Source of the DNA: Sphyrna mokarran
Lineage: Eukaryota
Assembly (NCBI GenBank): GCA_024679065.1
Contig: JAGIQG010000012.1
Coordinates: 87,234,001-87,298,000 of the forward strand
DNA length: 64,000 nucleotides
Reading direction: 5' to 3'
The notes under the pieces were generated by a model, which was not told where the DNA came from, did no database searches, and saw only the letters and a program-made list of their open reading frames with translations. The position numbers were made by a program, and so were the translations under genes. Position 1 is the stretch's first letter. Each line of letters begins with the position of its first letter. Below are positions 43,801 to 53,879 of the stretch, in pieces.

Positions 43801-46800
43801 GTGTCTCTGGAAGACTGGAATCGCTCAGTGAAACCTGGGCTCCGGGTTATGATGTTCGGTGGTTCATCTACTAAAACAATCTCCTTATCTTTCCCAGGTA
43901 GCTCCCGGTACCAGGAAACAAGAGTGTGTGTCACTGCGGCGTTCCTCAGGGTGCACTGTAACCGGGCAGTCTGACCCTCTGTGACACGTTCCACACTTGG
44001 AGACTGGATAAGGACTGGAACATTCGCACCTTTAAACAGAGGAAAAACAATTCAGTGAGTGACAGAAATCAGTGAGTGTCAGAAATCAGCGAGTGTCAGA
44101 AATCAGCGAGTGTCAGAATTCAGTGAGTGACAGAAATCAGTGAGTGTCAGAAATCAGAGTGTCAGAAATCAGCGAGTGTCAGAATTCAGTGAGTGACAGA
44201 AATCAGTGAGTGTCAGAAATCAGTGAGTGTCAGAAATCAGTGAGTGACAGAAGTCAGTGAGTGACAGAAATCAGTGAGTGACAGAAATCAGTGAGTGTCA
44301 GAAATCAGTGAGTGACAGAAGTCAGTGAGTGACAGAAGTCAGTGAGTGACAGAAATCAGTGAGTGACAGAAATCAGCGAGTGTCAGAAATCAGTGAATGT
44401 CAGAAATCAGTGAGTGTCAGAAATCAGTGAGTGACAGAAATCAGTGAGTGTCAGAAATCAGTGAGTGACAGAAATCAGTGAATTAAATTCTGAGGTGAAG
44501 GTTTCAAATTGCCGTGAGTATTTAAAGGGACAGTCCAGGCAGTAGAGTTTCTGTGTTGAAGGGAGGGAACAGTTTCTAAGATTGATCTTGCTGTGTTAGT
44601 TTGTTCCTGCTCTATATCCTGGGGGTTACACTGTGCTGTCCTCAGCAATGCAGATGTGTTGATATAACAGTGAAATATAATGTTGTCCTCACACTGTGGA
44701 ACAGCTCTCTCAGACAAAGCTACACATCCCAGATTTTGGGTGGGATTCTCCTATCCCGCCAGCAGAGAGTTTAGTGATGTCAGGAGCAGAGAATCCAGCA
44801 GGAGGGAAAAAGTTAGAATCCGACCGGCATTGAAGAAGTTTGTAATCCTCCTAAAGACGGGGTTAGGGCAGGATTAGAAGGATAAAGTTTCTCTCTCCCT
44901 CTGCACCGAATTCCCACTTTGATCCAAATTCTCCAATACACTCAGTGTATGCTCTGGGAAAAGTCCTTTTCTTATTCAGAGCTGTGAAGAGGCCTCACAC
45001 TGACCTCTCAGCCCTGCAATCCAGCCTCAGGGTTTGTCCCACTATCTGTCAGGCTCCTTCCCCAAGGGTCTCCAGCTTCAGCCCCTGTTGCTTGTTTGTG
45101 CCCCCAGCCCCCAGTCAGTCTGGGTGGGGATTGTGTGGATTTAGTAATGAATAATCAGACAGGTTTAATTCAGAATCTGACTGGAAGGGGATATTTAGCA
45201 AACAGTGATTGTAACATGGGAGAGTTTGACATTAAGTTTCAGACAGAGAAAGATCACTCACAAACAAAGCTTTGAAACTGAGGAAAGGCTGCCTTTGTGA
45301 GAAAGAGGCCATTTGGCCCATTGACACTGCACTGACTCTCCAAAAGAGCATCTTATCCAGGCCCTATCCCTGTTACCCCACATATTTGCCCTGCTAATCC
45401 TCCTGAAACTAAGGGGCAATTTCCCACAGCCAATCCACCTAACCCGCCCATCTTTGGTCTGTGGGAGAAAACCAGATCACCTGGAGTAAACCCACACAGA
45501 CATGGGGAGAATGTGAAAACTCAGCACAAACCGTGACATTTGGAGTTGAACCTGCGTCCCTGACACTGTGAGGCAGCAGTGAACAAAAGACCCATAGAAC
45601 ATTACAGCACAGAAACAGGCCTTTTGGCCCTTCTTGTCTGAGCCAAACCATTTTTTTGCCGAGTCCCACTGACCTGTACCTGGATCTTGTCCCTCCACCC
45701 TCCTCTCATCCATGTACCAGTCCAAGATTTTCTTAAATGTTAAAAGTGAGCCCGCATTTATCACTTCATCTGGCAGCTCATTCCACATTCCCATCATTCT
45801 GTGTGAAGAAAACTTCTTAAAGAGAAGTTTATTCCCATTGAACTTTTCCCCCTTCACCCTTAACCCATGCCCTCTCATTTTTTTTTCTCCTCTAGCTTCA
45901 CTGGAAAAAGCCTGCTTGCATTCACTCTATCTATACCCATCATTATTTTAAACACATCTATCAAATCTCCCCTCATTCTTCTACGCTCCAGGGAATAAAG
46001 TTCTAACCTATTCAACCTTTTTCTGTAACTCAGTTTCTCAAGTCCTAGCAACATCCTTGTGAACCTTCTCTGCACTCTTTCAACATTATTAATATCCTTC
46101 CTGTAATTAGGTGACCAAAATTGCACATAATATTCTAAATTCGGTCTCACCAATGTCTTACACAACCTCACCATAACATTCCAACTCTTATACTCAATAC
46201 TTTGATTTATAAAGGCCAATGTACCAAAAGCAGTCTTTACGACCCTATCTACGTGTGACACCACTTTTAGGGAATTGTGTATGTGTATTCCCGGATCCCT
46301 CTGTTTTACTGCATTCTTCAGTGTCCTACCGTTTACCTTGTATATTCTACCTTGGTTTGTCCTTCCAAAGTGCGAAACCTCACACTTGTCTGCGTTAAAC
46401 TCCAGCTGCCATTTTTCAGCCCATTTTTCCAGCTGGTCCCAATCCCTCTGCAAGCTTTAGAAACCTTCCTGATTGTCCATTACATCTCCAATCTTTGTAT
46501 CATCAGAAAATTTGCTGATCCAATTTACCAGATTATCATCCAGGGAGTGATCAGCAAGTTTGCAGACGATACAAAGATTGCTGGACTTGCGGATAGTGAG
46601 GAGCATTGTCAGGTGATGCAGCAGGACATTGACAGGCTGGTAGCTTGGGCAGATAGATGGCAGATGGAATTCAATCCTGATAAATGTGAGGTGATGCATT
46701 TCGGGAGAAAGAATGTAGGGGGCGCGGTATATGATAAAGGGTAGATCTATTAAGAGTACAGAAACGCAGAGGGACCTGGGGGTGCAGGTGCACAAGTCCC

Positions 46801-49800
46801 TGAAGGTGGCACAATAGTTGGAGAAGGTTGTGAAGAAAGCATAGGGTATGCTAGCCTTTATAGGAAGGGGTATAGAGTACAGTAGCTGGCCTTTAATGTT
46901 GCAGTTATATGAAACGTTGGTTAGACCTCATTTGGAATACTGCGTCCAGTTCTGGTTGCCTTACTACCGGAAGGACGTGGAGACTCTGGAGAGAGTGCAG
47001 AGGAGGTTTACCAGGATGCTGCCTGGTATGGAAGGTCTGAATTACGAGGAGTGATTAGGCAAATTGGGACTGTTTTCCTACGAAAGACATAGACTTAGAG
47101 GAGATCTGATAGAGGTGTACAAGATTATGAAGGGGATAGATAGAGTAAACAGGGTTAAGCTTTTTCCTAGGATGGACTCAAATAGCACAAGGGATCACGG
47201 GCTTAGGTTGAGGGGGGTAAGGTATAATTTGGATACTAGAGGGAGTTTTTTCACACAGAGGGTGGTGGGGGTATGGAATGCGCTGCCAAGGAAAGTGGTG
47301 GAGGCAGGTACTCTGGAGTTGTTTAAGAAATACTTAGATGGGCACATGAACAGAATGGGAATGGAGGGGTATAGAAAACTGATTTAAACTAGGGATCATG
47401 AGCCTTTGGAGTCCCTGGGAAGTGTGTAAATAGATGATATTGATACTTGTTTTTATCCTAGAGGTGCTTTGGTCCACCTTGTTGTCTAATGAGGGGCATA
47501 CACGCGATGGGTCATGAGAGGACTGCTCTTGGATCTTTTTCAAGAGTATCCTAGTGCTTCACATGTTAGCGTACGCTTGACCTGACCATTTGATGGGCAA
47601 CACGACAACTCAGTGACTATCACTGTGCTGTGCAGATACATGGATTTGGGCCTGTGTCTGTGGGAGTTTGCGCATTCTCCCCGTGCTTGCGTGGGTTTTC
47701 TCCGGGCGCTCCGCTTTCCTCCCACATCCCAAAGATGTGCTCTTAGAACATAGAACATAGAACAGTACAGCACAGAACAGGCCCTTCGGCCTTCGATGTT
47801 GCGCCGACCAATATAAAAAGCAATGCCCCTCCATACTAAACCATTCCCTTCTCTTCCATATACTTATCAACTAACCTCTTAAACGCCACCAACTTGGCGC
47901 ATCCACAAGTGCCGCAGGCAGGGCATTCCACTCCCGAACCACCCTTTGGGTAAAGAACCTACCTCTGATATCCGTCCTATAACTATCACCCCTTAATTTA
48001 AAGCTGTGTCTTAGGCTAATTGGCAAAACAAATTCTCCCTAAATGGTCTCAAATTTGGTTTTTAATCCATAGATCTATAAACATAGACAGGGATCACAGG
48101 TAGAGGTGGGAACATCGGGGTGGTGGCGCGGGGCTCGTTGGGCCGAAGGGCCTGTTTCCCGTGTTGTTTTGTTCTTTGTTCTTTGTTCTTTGTCATTGAT
48201 GTTGACGACAAACAGCAATGGACTCAGCATTGATCCCTGTGACACATCACTCGTCCCAGGCCTCCACGCAGAGAAGCAATCCCCCACTACCACTCGCTGG
48301 CTTCTGCCATTGAGCCAATGCCTAATCCAATTTACTACCTCTCCATGTATTCCGAGCAACTGAACATTCCTAACTAACTTCCCGTACAACCTTGTCAAAG
48401 GCCTTATTGAAGTCTTTGTAGATAACATCCACTGCCTTCCCTTCATCCGCTTTCCTGGTAATCTCAAAAAAGTTGAATAGATTGGTTAAACATGACCTAC
48501 CACGCACAAAGCCATATTGGCTCTTATAATAAGCATCTTCCATTCAAGCATTTGTCGATCCTATCTCTTAGCACTCTTTCCAATAATTTACCTACTACTG
48601 ATGTCAAACTTACCGGCTTATAATTTCCCGAATTACTTTTTGAGCCTTTTTTATACAATGGAACAACATGAGCTACCCTCCAATCATCCAGCACCTCACC
48701 CGTGGAACTGACATTTTCAATATATCTGCTAACCACTGTGCCACTGTAGCAGCAGCAAGAAAGAAAATATTCTGAGGTAACTCAAAATCTTTGAGAAACT
48801 AAGGTGGAACATAAGAACAGGGACAGGGGCAACAATCAGATCTATTGACACAAAACAAGATCTAATTCAGAGCAGTCTTGTGGTAATAGGGAATGAGCTG
48901 GTTAGAGACACATTGAAGTTCTCCAGACAAAGGAAGAAGGATTGACCATGATGCTGTGGGATTATCACTGAACGGGGAGGGAAACACACCTTAGACATTA
49001 CAATCTGTAATTCACTTGTCATGGTGTTGAGGTTCGGGTATAACTGGTGGTTTTATGGATTTGGTGACAGGATGTGGCTTGTTGCTGTGTACTAGTTATA
49101 ATCTCATTTCCCATCTGATCTGAAACCTCTGTCTGAACCTCTTCGGAATGTGGGAGGAAACCAGAACACCCAGAGGAAAACTCCACAGAAACGGGGAGAA
49201 CATGCAAACTCCAGACAGGCATGTTTGGAATTGAACCCGGGTCCCTGGCACTGTGAGGCAGCAGTGCTAACCACTGTGGCACTGCAGCAGCATCAGGAAA
49301 GGAAAATATCCTGGGGTAACACAAAATCTTTGAAAAACTAAGAAATGACATGATCAGCATTACGGAGACACGGCAGCTGGGTGACCAAGGCTAGGGACTG
49401 AATATTCAAGGAAAGTCAACAATGCGGAAGTTCAGAAAAATATGAAACAGGAGATGGGGTAGTGTTATTAGTGGTGGGGTGGAACGATGGTACAGTGTTT
49501 AACACTGCTGCCTCACAGTGCCCACAAATACACCCAATTAATGTACAGACTGTCAGTCAAACCCATGGTCCCATTAAACTGGAAAGAATGATGGAACACT
49601 CAGTTCTGTGATCCGTGTTCCCAGTCTGTGTAATTCTGTGTCAGATACACTAAACTATCTCAATACAATGATAAATTCTCCTGTAAGACTCATATCCAGT
49701 TCTGAATGTTCTAACTGTGGAATCCACACACAATACAGGAGCTGACACACACAGCAGCATAAACCAGGGAGAGTTATTTTAATCACAAGTGAAACTTCTC

Positions 49801-49878
49801 CAAACCAAACAATAACTTGTACTTACCCCCAGAAACACAGAGAGACAGAGTTAGAACAAAAAGAGTTTTACTGATCAT
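13824..49878 (-). CDS. Spliced gene model: non-rearranging multi-V(J)-domain Ig-superfamily type I receptor with cytoplasmic ITAM (leader-V1..V6-TM-cyt). It spans the assembly gap and the last exon is tentative.
   Basis: Exons 49827-49878, 43685-44029, 42729-43073, 40410-40754, 32592-32936, 30263-30607, 24244-24591, 23927-24077, 23158-23201, 21563-21606, 15970-16011, 14725-14767, (13824-13849). All have GT-AG boundaries and compatible intron phases, giving one open frame. Confidence 0.7.
14725..14767 (-). CDS. Cytoplasmic exon 4 ([14 protein letters not shown]), second part of ITAM
   Basis: ctattttctgttag| ... AAAG|gtatgt, 43 nt, phase 0 to 1. Confidence 0.7.
15970..16011 (-). CDS. Cytoplasmic exon 3 ([14 protein letters not shown]), first part of ITAM
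   Basis: ttttgttacag| ... |gtaaat, 42 nt, phase 0 to 0, ends DxxYx. Confidence 0.7.
16742..17757 (-). mobile_element. CR1 3' fragment with V-SINE-containing 3' UTR
   Basis: ORF 17283-17765 ending [18 protein letters not shown], then the shared tail. Confidence 0.9.
18188..18907 (-). mobile_element. CR1 3' fragment inserted in the 3' LTR
   Basis: ORF2 C-terminal motifs; tail at 18188. Confidence 0.9.
19511..21264 (-). mobile_element. CR1 LINE, 5'-truncated RT
   Basis: 467-aa RT ORF 19676-21079; (ATAGAAC)n tail. Confidence 0.95.
21563..21606 (-). CDS. Cytoplasmic exon 2 ([15 protein letters not shown])
   Basis: tttccttttag| ... |gtaagg, 44 nt, phase 1 to 0. Confidence 0.65.
22259..22891 (+). 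mobile_element. CR1 3' fragment
   Basis: ORF2 C-terminus and tail. Confidence 0.9.
23158..23201 (-). CDS. Cytoplasmic exon 1 ([14 protein letters not shown]), Tyr motif
   Basis: tttctttag| ... |gtaagt, 44 nt, phase 2 to 1, matching the TM exon. Confidence 0.7.
23927..24077 (-). CDS. Stalk/transmembrane exon ([51 protein letters not shown])
   Basis: 151 nt, ttttacag| acceptor, AG|gtaaat donor, phase 1 to 2. About 24 hydrophobic uncharged residues followed by basic residues. Not in the ORF track in this frame. Confidence 0.85.
24244..24591 (-). CDS. Ig V-set exon V6 (membrane-proximal, divergent)
   Basis: 348 nt, tctttctcaatattaacag| acceptor, |gtaaat donor. VDLQC, VHWHYQ, DTAVYRC, J-like [10 protein letters not shown]. 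Several N-glycosylation sequons (NGT, NVS, NVT, NDT). Confidence 0.9.
25620..28650 (+). mobile_element. CR1 LINE (second subfamily), disrupted ORF2, with an opposite-strand CR1 3' fragment nested at about 25880-26201
   Basis: [16 protein letters not shown] and GVPQGSVLG motifs; CTTATGTTCTTA tail. Confidence 0.9.
28915..29935 (+). mobile_element. Old CR1/L2-clade LINE RT fragment
   Basis: [21 protein letters not shown] and MEYSPLAW motifs. Related pieces at about 10450-10690 and 57270-57660. Confidence 0.7.
30263..30607 (-). CDS. Ig V-set exon V5 (A-type, near-identical to V3, B-strand Cys replaced by Ser)
   Basis: 345 nt, phase 1-1, [19 protein letters not shown]. Confidence 0.88.
30631..30813. 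repeat. 17-bp minisatellite (CAGTGAGTGACAGAAAT)n, about 11 units, abutting V5 acceptor
   Basis: Direct tandem repeats. Confidence 0.9.
31044..32413 (+). mobile_element. CR1 5'-truncated insertion with ATCAG target-site duplication (V4-V5 intron)
   Basis: RT ORFs 31147-32145; empty site visible at about 43508-43512. Confidence 0.9.
32592..32936 (-). CDS. Ig V-set exon V4 (B-type, near-identical to V2)
   Basis: 345 nt, phase 1-1, AG/GT boundaries, [19 protein letters not shown]. Confidence 0.9.
32960..33221. repeat. 17-bp minisatellite, about 15 units, abutting V4 acceptor
   Basis: Direct tandem repeats. Confidence 0.9.
33641..34840 (-). mobile_element. CR1 fragments: ORF2 3' end (33641-34330) and ORF1 N-terminal zinc-finger/leucine-zipper piece (about 34370-34620)
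   Basis: [11 protein letters not shown]-like motif; [21 protein letters not shown]. Confidence 0.8.
34945..35218 (+). mobile_element. V-SINE-containing CR1 3' tail fragment
   Basis: Matches the 3' part of 5725-6127. Confidence 0.75.
35220..36669 (-). mobile_element. CR1 ORF2 fragment running into the gap
   Basis: RT motifs in ORFs 35129-36555. Confidence 0.9.
36670..36769. other. Assembly gap (100 N, true size unknown)
   Basis: Run of N. Confidence 1.
36773..40035 (-). mobile_element. Young CR1 LINE: ORF1 C-terminus (SGNH esterase) plus nearly intact ORF2 with one frameshift at about 37650
   Basis: ORF 39747-40028 ([14 protein letters not shown]); 667-aa EN-RT ORF 37642-39645 continuing in 36866-37606; tail at 36773. 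Confidence 0.95.
40410..40754 (-). CDS. Ig V-set exon V3 (A-type, B-strand Cys replaced by Ser)
   Basis: 345 nt, phase 1-1. [33 protein letters not shown]. Confidence 0.88.
40778..40949. repeat. 17-bp minisatellite, about 10 units, abutting V3 acceptor
   Basis: Direct tandem repeats. Confidence 0.9.
41181..42550 (+). mobile_element. CR1 insertion, duplicate of 31044-32413 (V2-V3 intron)
   Basis: Same junctions and ATCAG TSD; 332-aa RT ORF. Confidence 0.9.
42729..43073 (-). CDS. Ig V-set exon V2 (B-type, VJ-joined)
   Basis: 345 nt, phase 1-1. C-W-C V-set core, [19 protein letters not shown]. Confidence 0.9.
43097..43282. repeat. 17-bp minisatellite, about 11 units, abutting V2 acceptor
   Basis: Direct tandem repeats. 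Confidence 0.9.
43685..44029 (-). CDS. Ig V-set exon V1 (germline-joined VJ-type)
   Basis: 345 nt, ctgtttaaag| acceptor, |gtaagt donor. Motifs [22 protein letters not shown] and J-like [10 protein letters not shown]. Confidence 0.9.
44053..44481. repeat. 17-bp minisatellite, about 25 units, abutting V1 acceptor
   Basis: Direct tandem repeats. Confidence 0.9.
45340..45585 (-). mobile_element. HE1-like V-SINE
   Basis: CACTGCTGCCTCACAGTGTCAGGGAC head and V-domain on the minus strand. Confidence 0.75.
45593..46540 (-). mobile_element. CR1 3' fragment
   Basis: ORF 45875-46453 and tail. Confidence 0.9.
46541..48191 (+). mobile_element. CR1 with V-SINE-containing 3' UTR, interrupted by an inverted CR1 3' piece (about 47745-48010, TCTTAG on both sides)
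   Basis: [24 protein letters not shown], then the shared tail. Confidence 0.85.
48192..48730 (-). mobile_element. CR1 RT fragment
   Basis: [13 protein letters not shown] motif. Confidence 0.8.
49135..49285 (-). mobile_element. HE1-like V-SINE
   Basis: tRNA-derived head and V-domain; related copy at about 58290-58445. Confidence 0.75.
49827..49878 (-). CDS. Signal-peptide (leader) exon, proximal copy: [17 protein letters not shown]
   Basis: ATG..GGG G|GTAAGT. Phase 1 matches the downstream V exons. Confidence 0.8.
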
Positions 49879-50167
49879 CTCGACAGAGTGACAATCCTGT
49901 TTCTCCACACCGTTTATTGTGTGTCCAGTAAACACATTGAAACACAAGGTGTCCCAACAACTGCAGCTGGTTTCATATCCTTTTCTTCACCAGTGAATAA
50001 AGTTAAAGTGTAGATAAAGAGGAAACGGTGACAATGAGCCAGTGGTTACTCCCTGTCCTGGATTGGAATGTTTTCAGTGACATTAATGCTGTTCGTTGGA
50101 ATATTTATTGAAAATCACTGGAACCAAATCCTCTGTCTCTTGGTAACAATAACAACTGGCATTTACA

Positions 50168-50850
50168 TAGAAACACAGAAACTTAGGAGAACTGCAGCAC
50201 AATACAGGCCCTTCAGCCCACAAAGTTGTGCCGAACACGTCCCTAACTTAGAGATTATGAGGGATTACCGATAACCCTCTAAGTTCCATGTACTTACCTA
50301 AAAGTCTCTTAAAAGACCCTATCAAATACACCTCCACCACCGTTGCCGGCATCGCATTCCACACACCCACCACCCTCTGAGTGAAAAACTGACCCCTGAC
50401 ATCTCCTCTGTACCTACTCCCCAGCATCTTAAACCTGTGTCCTTTTGTGACCGCCAGTTCAGCCCTGGGAAAAAGCTTCTGACAATCCATCTGATCAATA
50501 CCTCTCAACATCTTATACACCCTCTGTCAGGTCACCTCTCATCCTTCGTCTCTCCGAGGAGAAAAGGCTGAGCTCCCTTAACCTATCCTCATAAGACATG
50601 CTCCTTAATCTGGGCAACATCCTTGTAAATCTCCTCTGCACCCTTTCCATGGGTCCATATCCTTCCTGTAGTGAGGCGACCAAAACTGTACACAGTACTC
50701 CAAGTGGGATCTGACCAAGGTTCTATATAGCGATAACATTATCTCTCGACTCCTAAACTCAATTCCTCGATTGATGAGGGCAAGTACACCAAACGCCTTC
50801 TGAACGACAGCTTCAACCTGCACAGCTACTTTGAGCGTCCTATGAACTCA
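50168..50850 (-). mobile_element. CR1 3' fragment
   Basis: ORF2 C-terminal motifs. Confidence 0.85.
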
Positions 50851-51224
50851 GAATAGCCCCTTAAACATAGACAATCCTCACAGGATTGTCTACAGGAGAG
50901 AAAATAAACTCCATTGACATCAAAGCAAAGGAGGATTCATGAGGACAAATAACCAGAAACTCGATCCTGGGCAGAGTGTTAAAGAGGGGAGAAAACTGAC
51001 AACATGGGGGCTGACTGGGAAAAAACACCACCCCCACCCCCGCGGCTCGAACAGCAGCGTGTGTTTAACCCAAACCCATTCACCAAGATGGAAGCAGGAC
51101 ATACACTTTTTCTCGCTGCTCATTGCCGTGGTTTCTGTGGTCAGCCTGCTCTAACTGCGCTGTTCATTGGCTCCTCACATCAGCTGGAGCCTGACATCCA
51201 GAGTATTTAGTACCACTTAAAGCA

Positions 51225-51995
51225 AAAGTGTGAGGTAATGCACTATGGCAGAAATAATAAATGTGTAGAGTATGGGGCAAATGGTAGGATTCTTAGTAGT
51301 CTAGATGAACAGAGGGATCTTGGTGTGTATGTGCATAGATCCCTGAAAGTAAGCAGTCAAGTCGATAAGGTTGTTAAGAAGGCATATGGAGTCTTAGCTT
51401 TTATTGGTAGGGGGATTGAATTTCGGAGCCGCACGTCATGTTGCAACTGTACAAAACTCTAGTGCGGCCGCACTTGGAGTATTGTGTGCAGTTCTGGTCC
51501 CCACATTATAAGAAAGATGTGGAGGCATTGAGAGGGTACAGAGGAGGTTTACCAGGATGTTGCCTGGTATGGAGGGCAGGTCTTATGAAGAGAGGCTGAG
51601 GGATTTGAGTTTGTTTTCGTTAGAAAGGAGGCGGCTAAGAGGGGACCTAATCGAAACATATAAGATGATTAGAGGTTTAGATAGGGTGGACAGTGATAGC
51701 CTTTTTCCTAGGATGGAGAAAGCTAGCACGAGGGGACACAGCTTTAAATTAAAGGGGTGATAGTTATAGGACGGATATCAGAGGTAGGTTCTTTACCCAA
51801 AGGGTGGTTCGGGAGTGGAATGCCCTGCCTGCAGCACTTGTAGATGCGCCAAGTTTGGTGGCGTTTAAGAGGTTAGTTGATAAGTATATGGAAGAGAAGG
51901 GAATGGTTTATTTTGGAGGGGCATTGCTTTTTATATTGGTCGGCGCAACATCGAAGGCCGAAGGGCCTGTTCTGTGCTGTAATGTTCTATGTTCT
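51225..51995 (+). mobile_element. CR1 3' fragment
   Basis: ORF2 C-terminal motifs and tail. Confidence 0.9.
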
Positions 51996-53879
51996 AAACT
52001 ATAGGAGCATTGCCACTGCTGGGGATGCTGTGATCATTCACAATACTCTGCAATGCAGGACCCATCCCAGGGGGAGGGGAGAGAGACGAGGGGAGACACA
52101 CGGAAACTACAAGCCCCAACTGAACCCCGAGAGAGTTTTGATGTGAGCCAGTGGATTGACAGGAGAGGGATGTAAGGGGATGTTTGTGAATGGAGAAAAG
52201 ATGGAAAGAGCTTCCCTTGAATTCCAGGATGATGCCGGAATAGCGAATGGTTTTGGGAGGGGATAGCAGGGCCTGATGGTGCCTGAGTGGCCCATCCAAT
52301 GATGCCAATGATTGGTGAAAGCAGTTGGAGCCGTTGCTATCTGTGAGCCTTGGATTGAAGGGAGTGAGGTGGGTTCATCCCAAGGGTAATAACCATGGGG
52401 AGAGAGAGGATTTTACTGATGACAATGGCCTGAAAGGTGGGGCTGAAGGTGGGATTGAGCAGAACAGTGGCTCCAAATGGAGAGGCAAAGGCTGTCCACC
52501 CAAGTATCTGAAAGCTCCTTTAGAAATTACTGACAGAGTTTAGGAATTATACCGGAACCCAAACCATTCTTTAAGTTGAATAGAATTCAGATACTGGCCA
52601 ATCAGGATCCAATGGGATCCAATGCTGCAACAGTCTAATGAGGCTGAATGTCCATAAAATACACACGTTTCTATACAGCAAATACACCTGGGATCTGCTT
52701 CACCCTGAACTCAATATTATTAAGAATAAATCCAGGCTGATGGAGTCAGGCTGAAAAATATCACTGTGAGCAGCCTTGGGCCTTAACCCTTTACAGTCAG
52801 AATGTGGCGTTAGATAAATGCAGACTTATCCCTTACAGTATCTACGCTTATCAGGGGCAGCAGCCTCTCTCAGACTGAAAACTCACACCATTTGTCATTT
52901 GTACTGAAGTGAAGGAGTTGCCCAGAACACATGATTGTGCAGCTACTTCGAGTTGTCTGGGGTGTGATTGCTTTATCATCTTAAATATTCACAGGCTGCC
53001 ATTAGGCATTTTGAAAACTTTTCAGTGAATCAGCTGGATTCCAGAGCGGCAGATTGCAATGATCAGTGAACTGGATATTTTATTGAAGATTGGTTTTATT
53101 AGTGATTTAAAAATAGTAAGAGAACTCACAAACCACAGCTCCAACACCTTATTTTTGTTTGTCCATTTATCAACCTCTATCTTCACTCACATCACATTTC
53201 AAACCCATATAAGGTCAAAATGCAAAAGTTGATTGACGGATTGGTGCAAACTCCGATTAACAACAACATCCCACATTTGTATAGCACCCTTAACTTAGCA
53301 ACACATTCTCAGGGTTCCACACACGAATGCAGGAAATATCTGTTAGTAAAAATCCATAACACAACTCAGGAATTCAATTCCATTTCTGTTTTTATTCAAT
53401 AAAAGTGAACACAAAGCCTGTGCCAATAATGTTCACCATAAAACTCTCAATGTTCATGCAAAACAAACTGTAATTTCTAATTAAAACAGAAAGTGCTGGA
53501 TAAACTCAGCAGGTCTGGCAGCGTCTGTGGAGAGAGAAACAGAGTTAATGTTTTGAGTCTGTGTGACTCTTCTACAGAACTGAAGGATAGAAATGTGATG
53601 AACGAGAGAGTTGGAGAGGGAGGTGGAGGAGGTGGAATAGAATAGAAGGTCAGCGATAGGTCAGAGCTAAGGAGAGATTGAGAAAGATATCAGGAATATA
53701 AGAGAAATGAAGTGTTAATGGGAATGTTAAAGTATAAAGAAGGTGTTAGAGATGTAGAGTCATAGAGATTTACAGCATGGAACAACAATGCCTTGCATTT
53801 GTGTAGCATCCTTAACAAAGCAACATATTTCCATGGTCCCACACAACATCCTTCCTGTAATGTGGTGACCAGAAATCAA

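Noticed and set aside
24244-44029. Interpretation as a rearranging TCR or Ig light-chain V-segment cluster
   Set aside because: No per-V leader, RSS, separate J segments or C1 exon. Exons end in splice donors and lead to a TM exon.
46440-46640. Head-to-head CR1 junction at the ISKFxDDTK motif suggesting a twin-primed inversion
   Set aside because: The two halves belong to different subfamilies and each has its own 3' tail; probably coincidence or a deletion.
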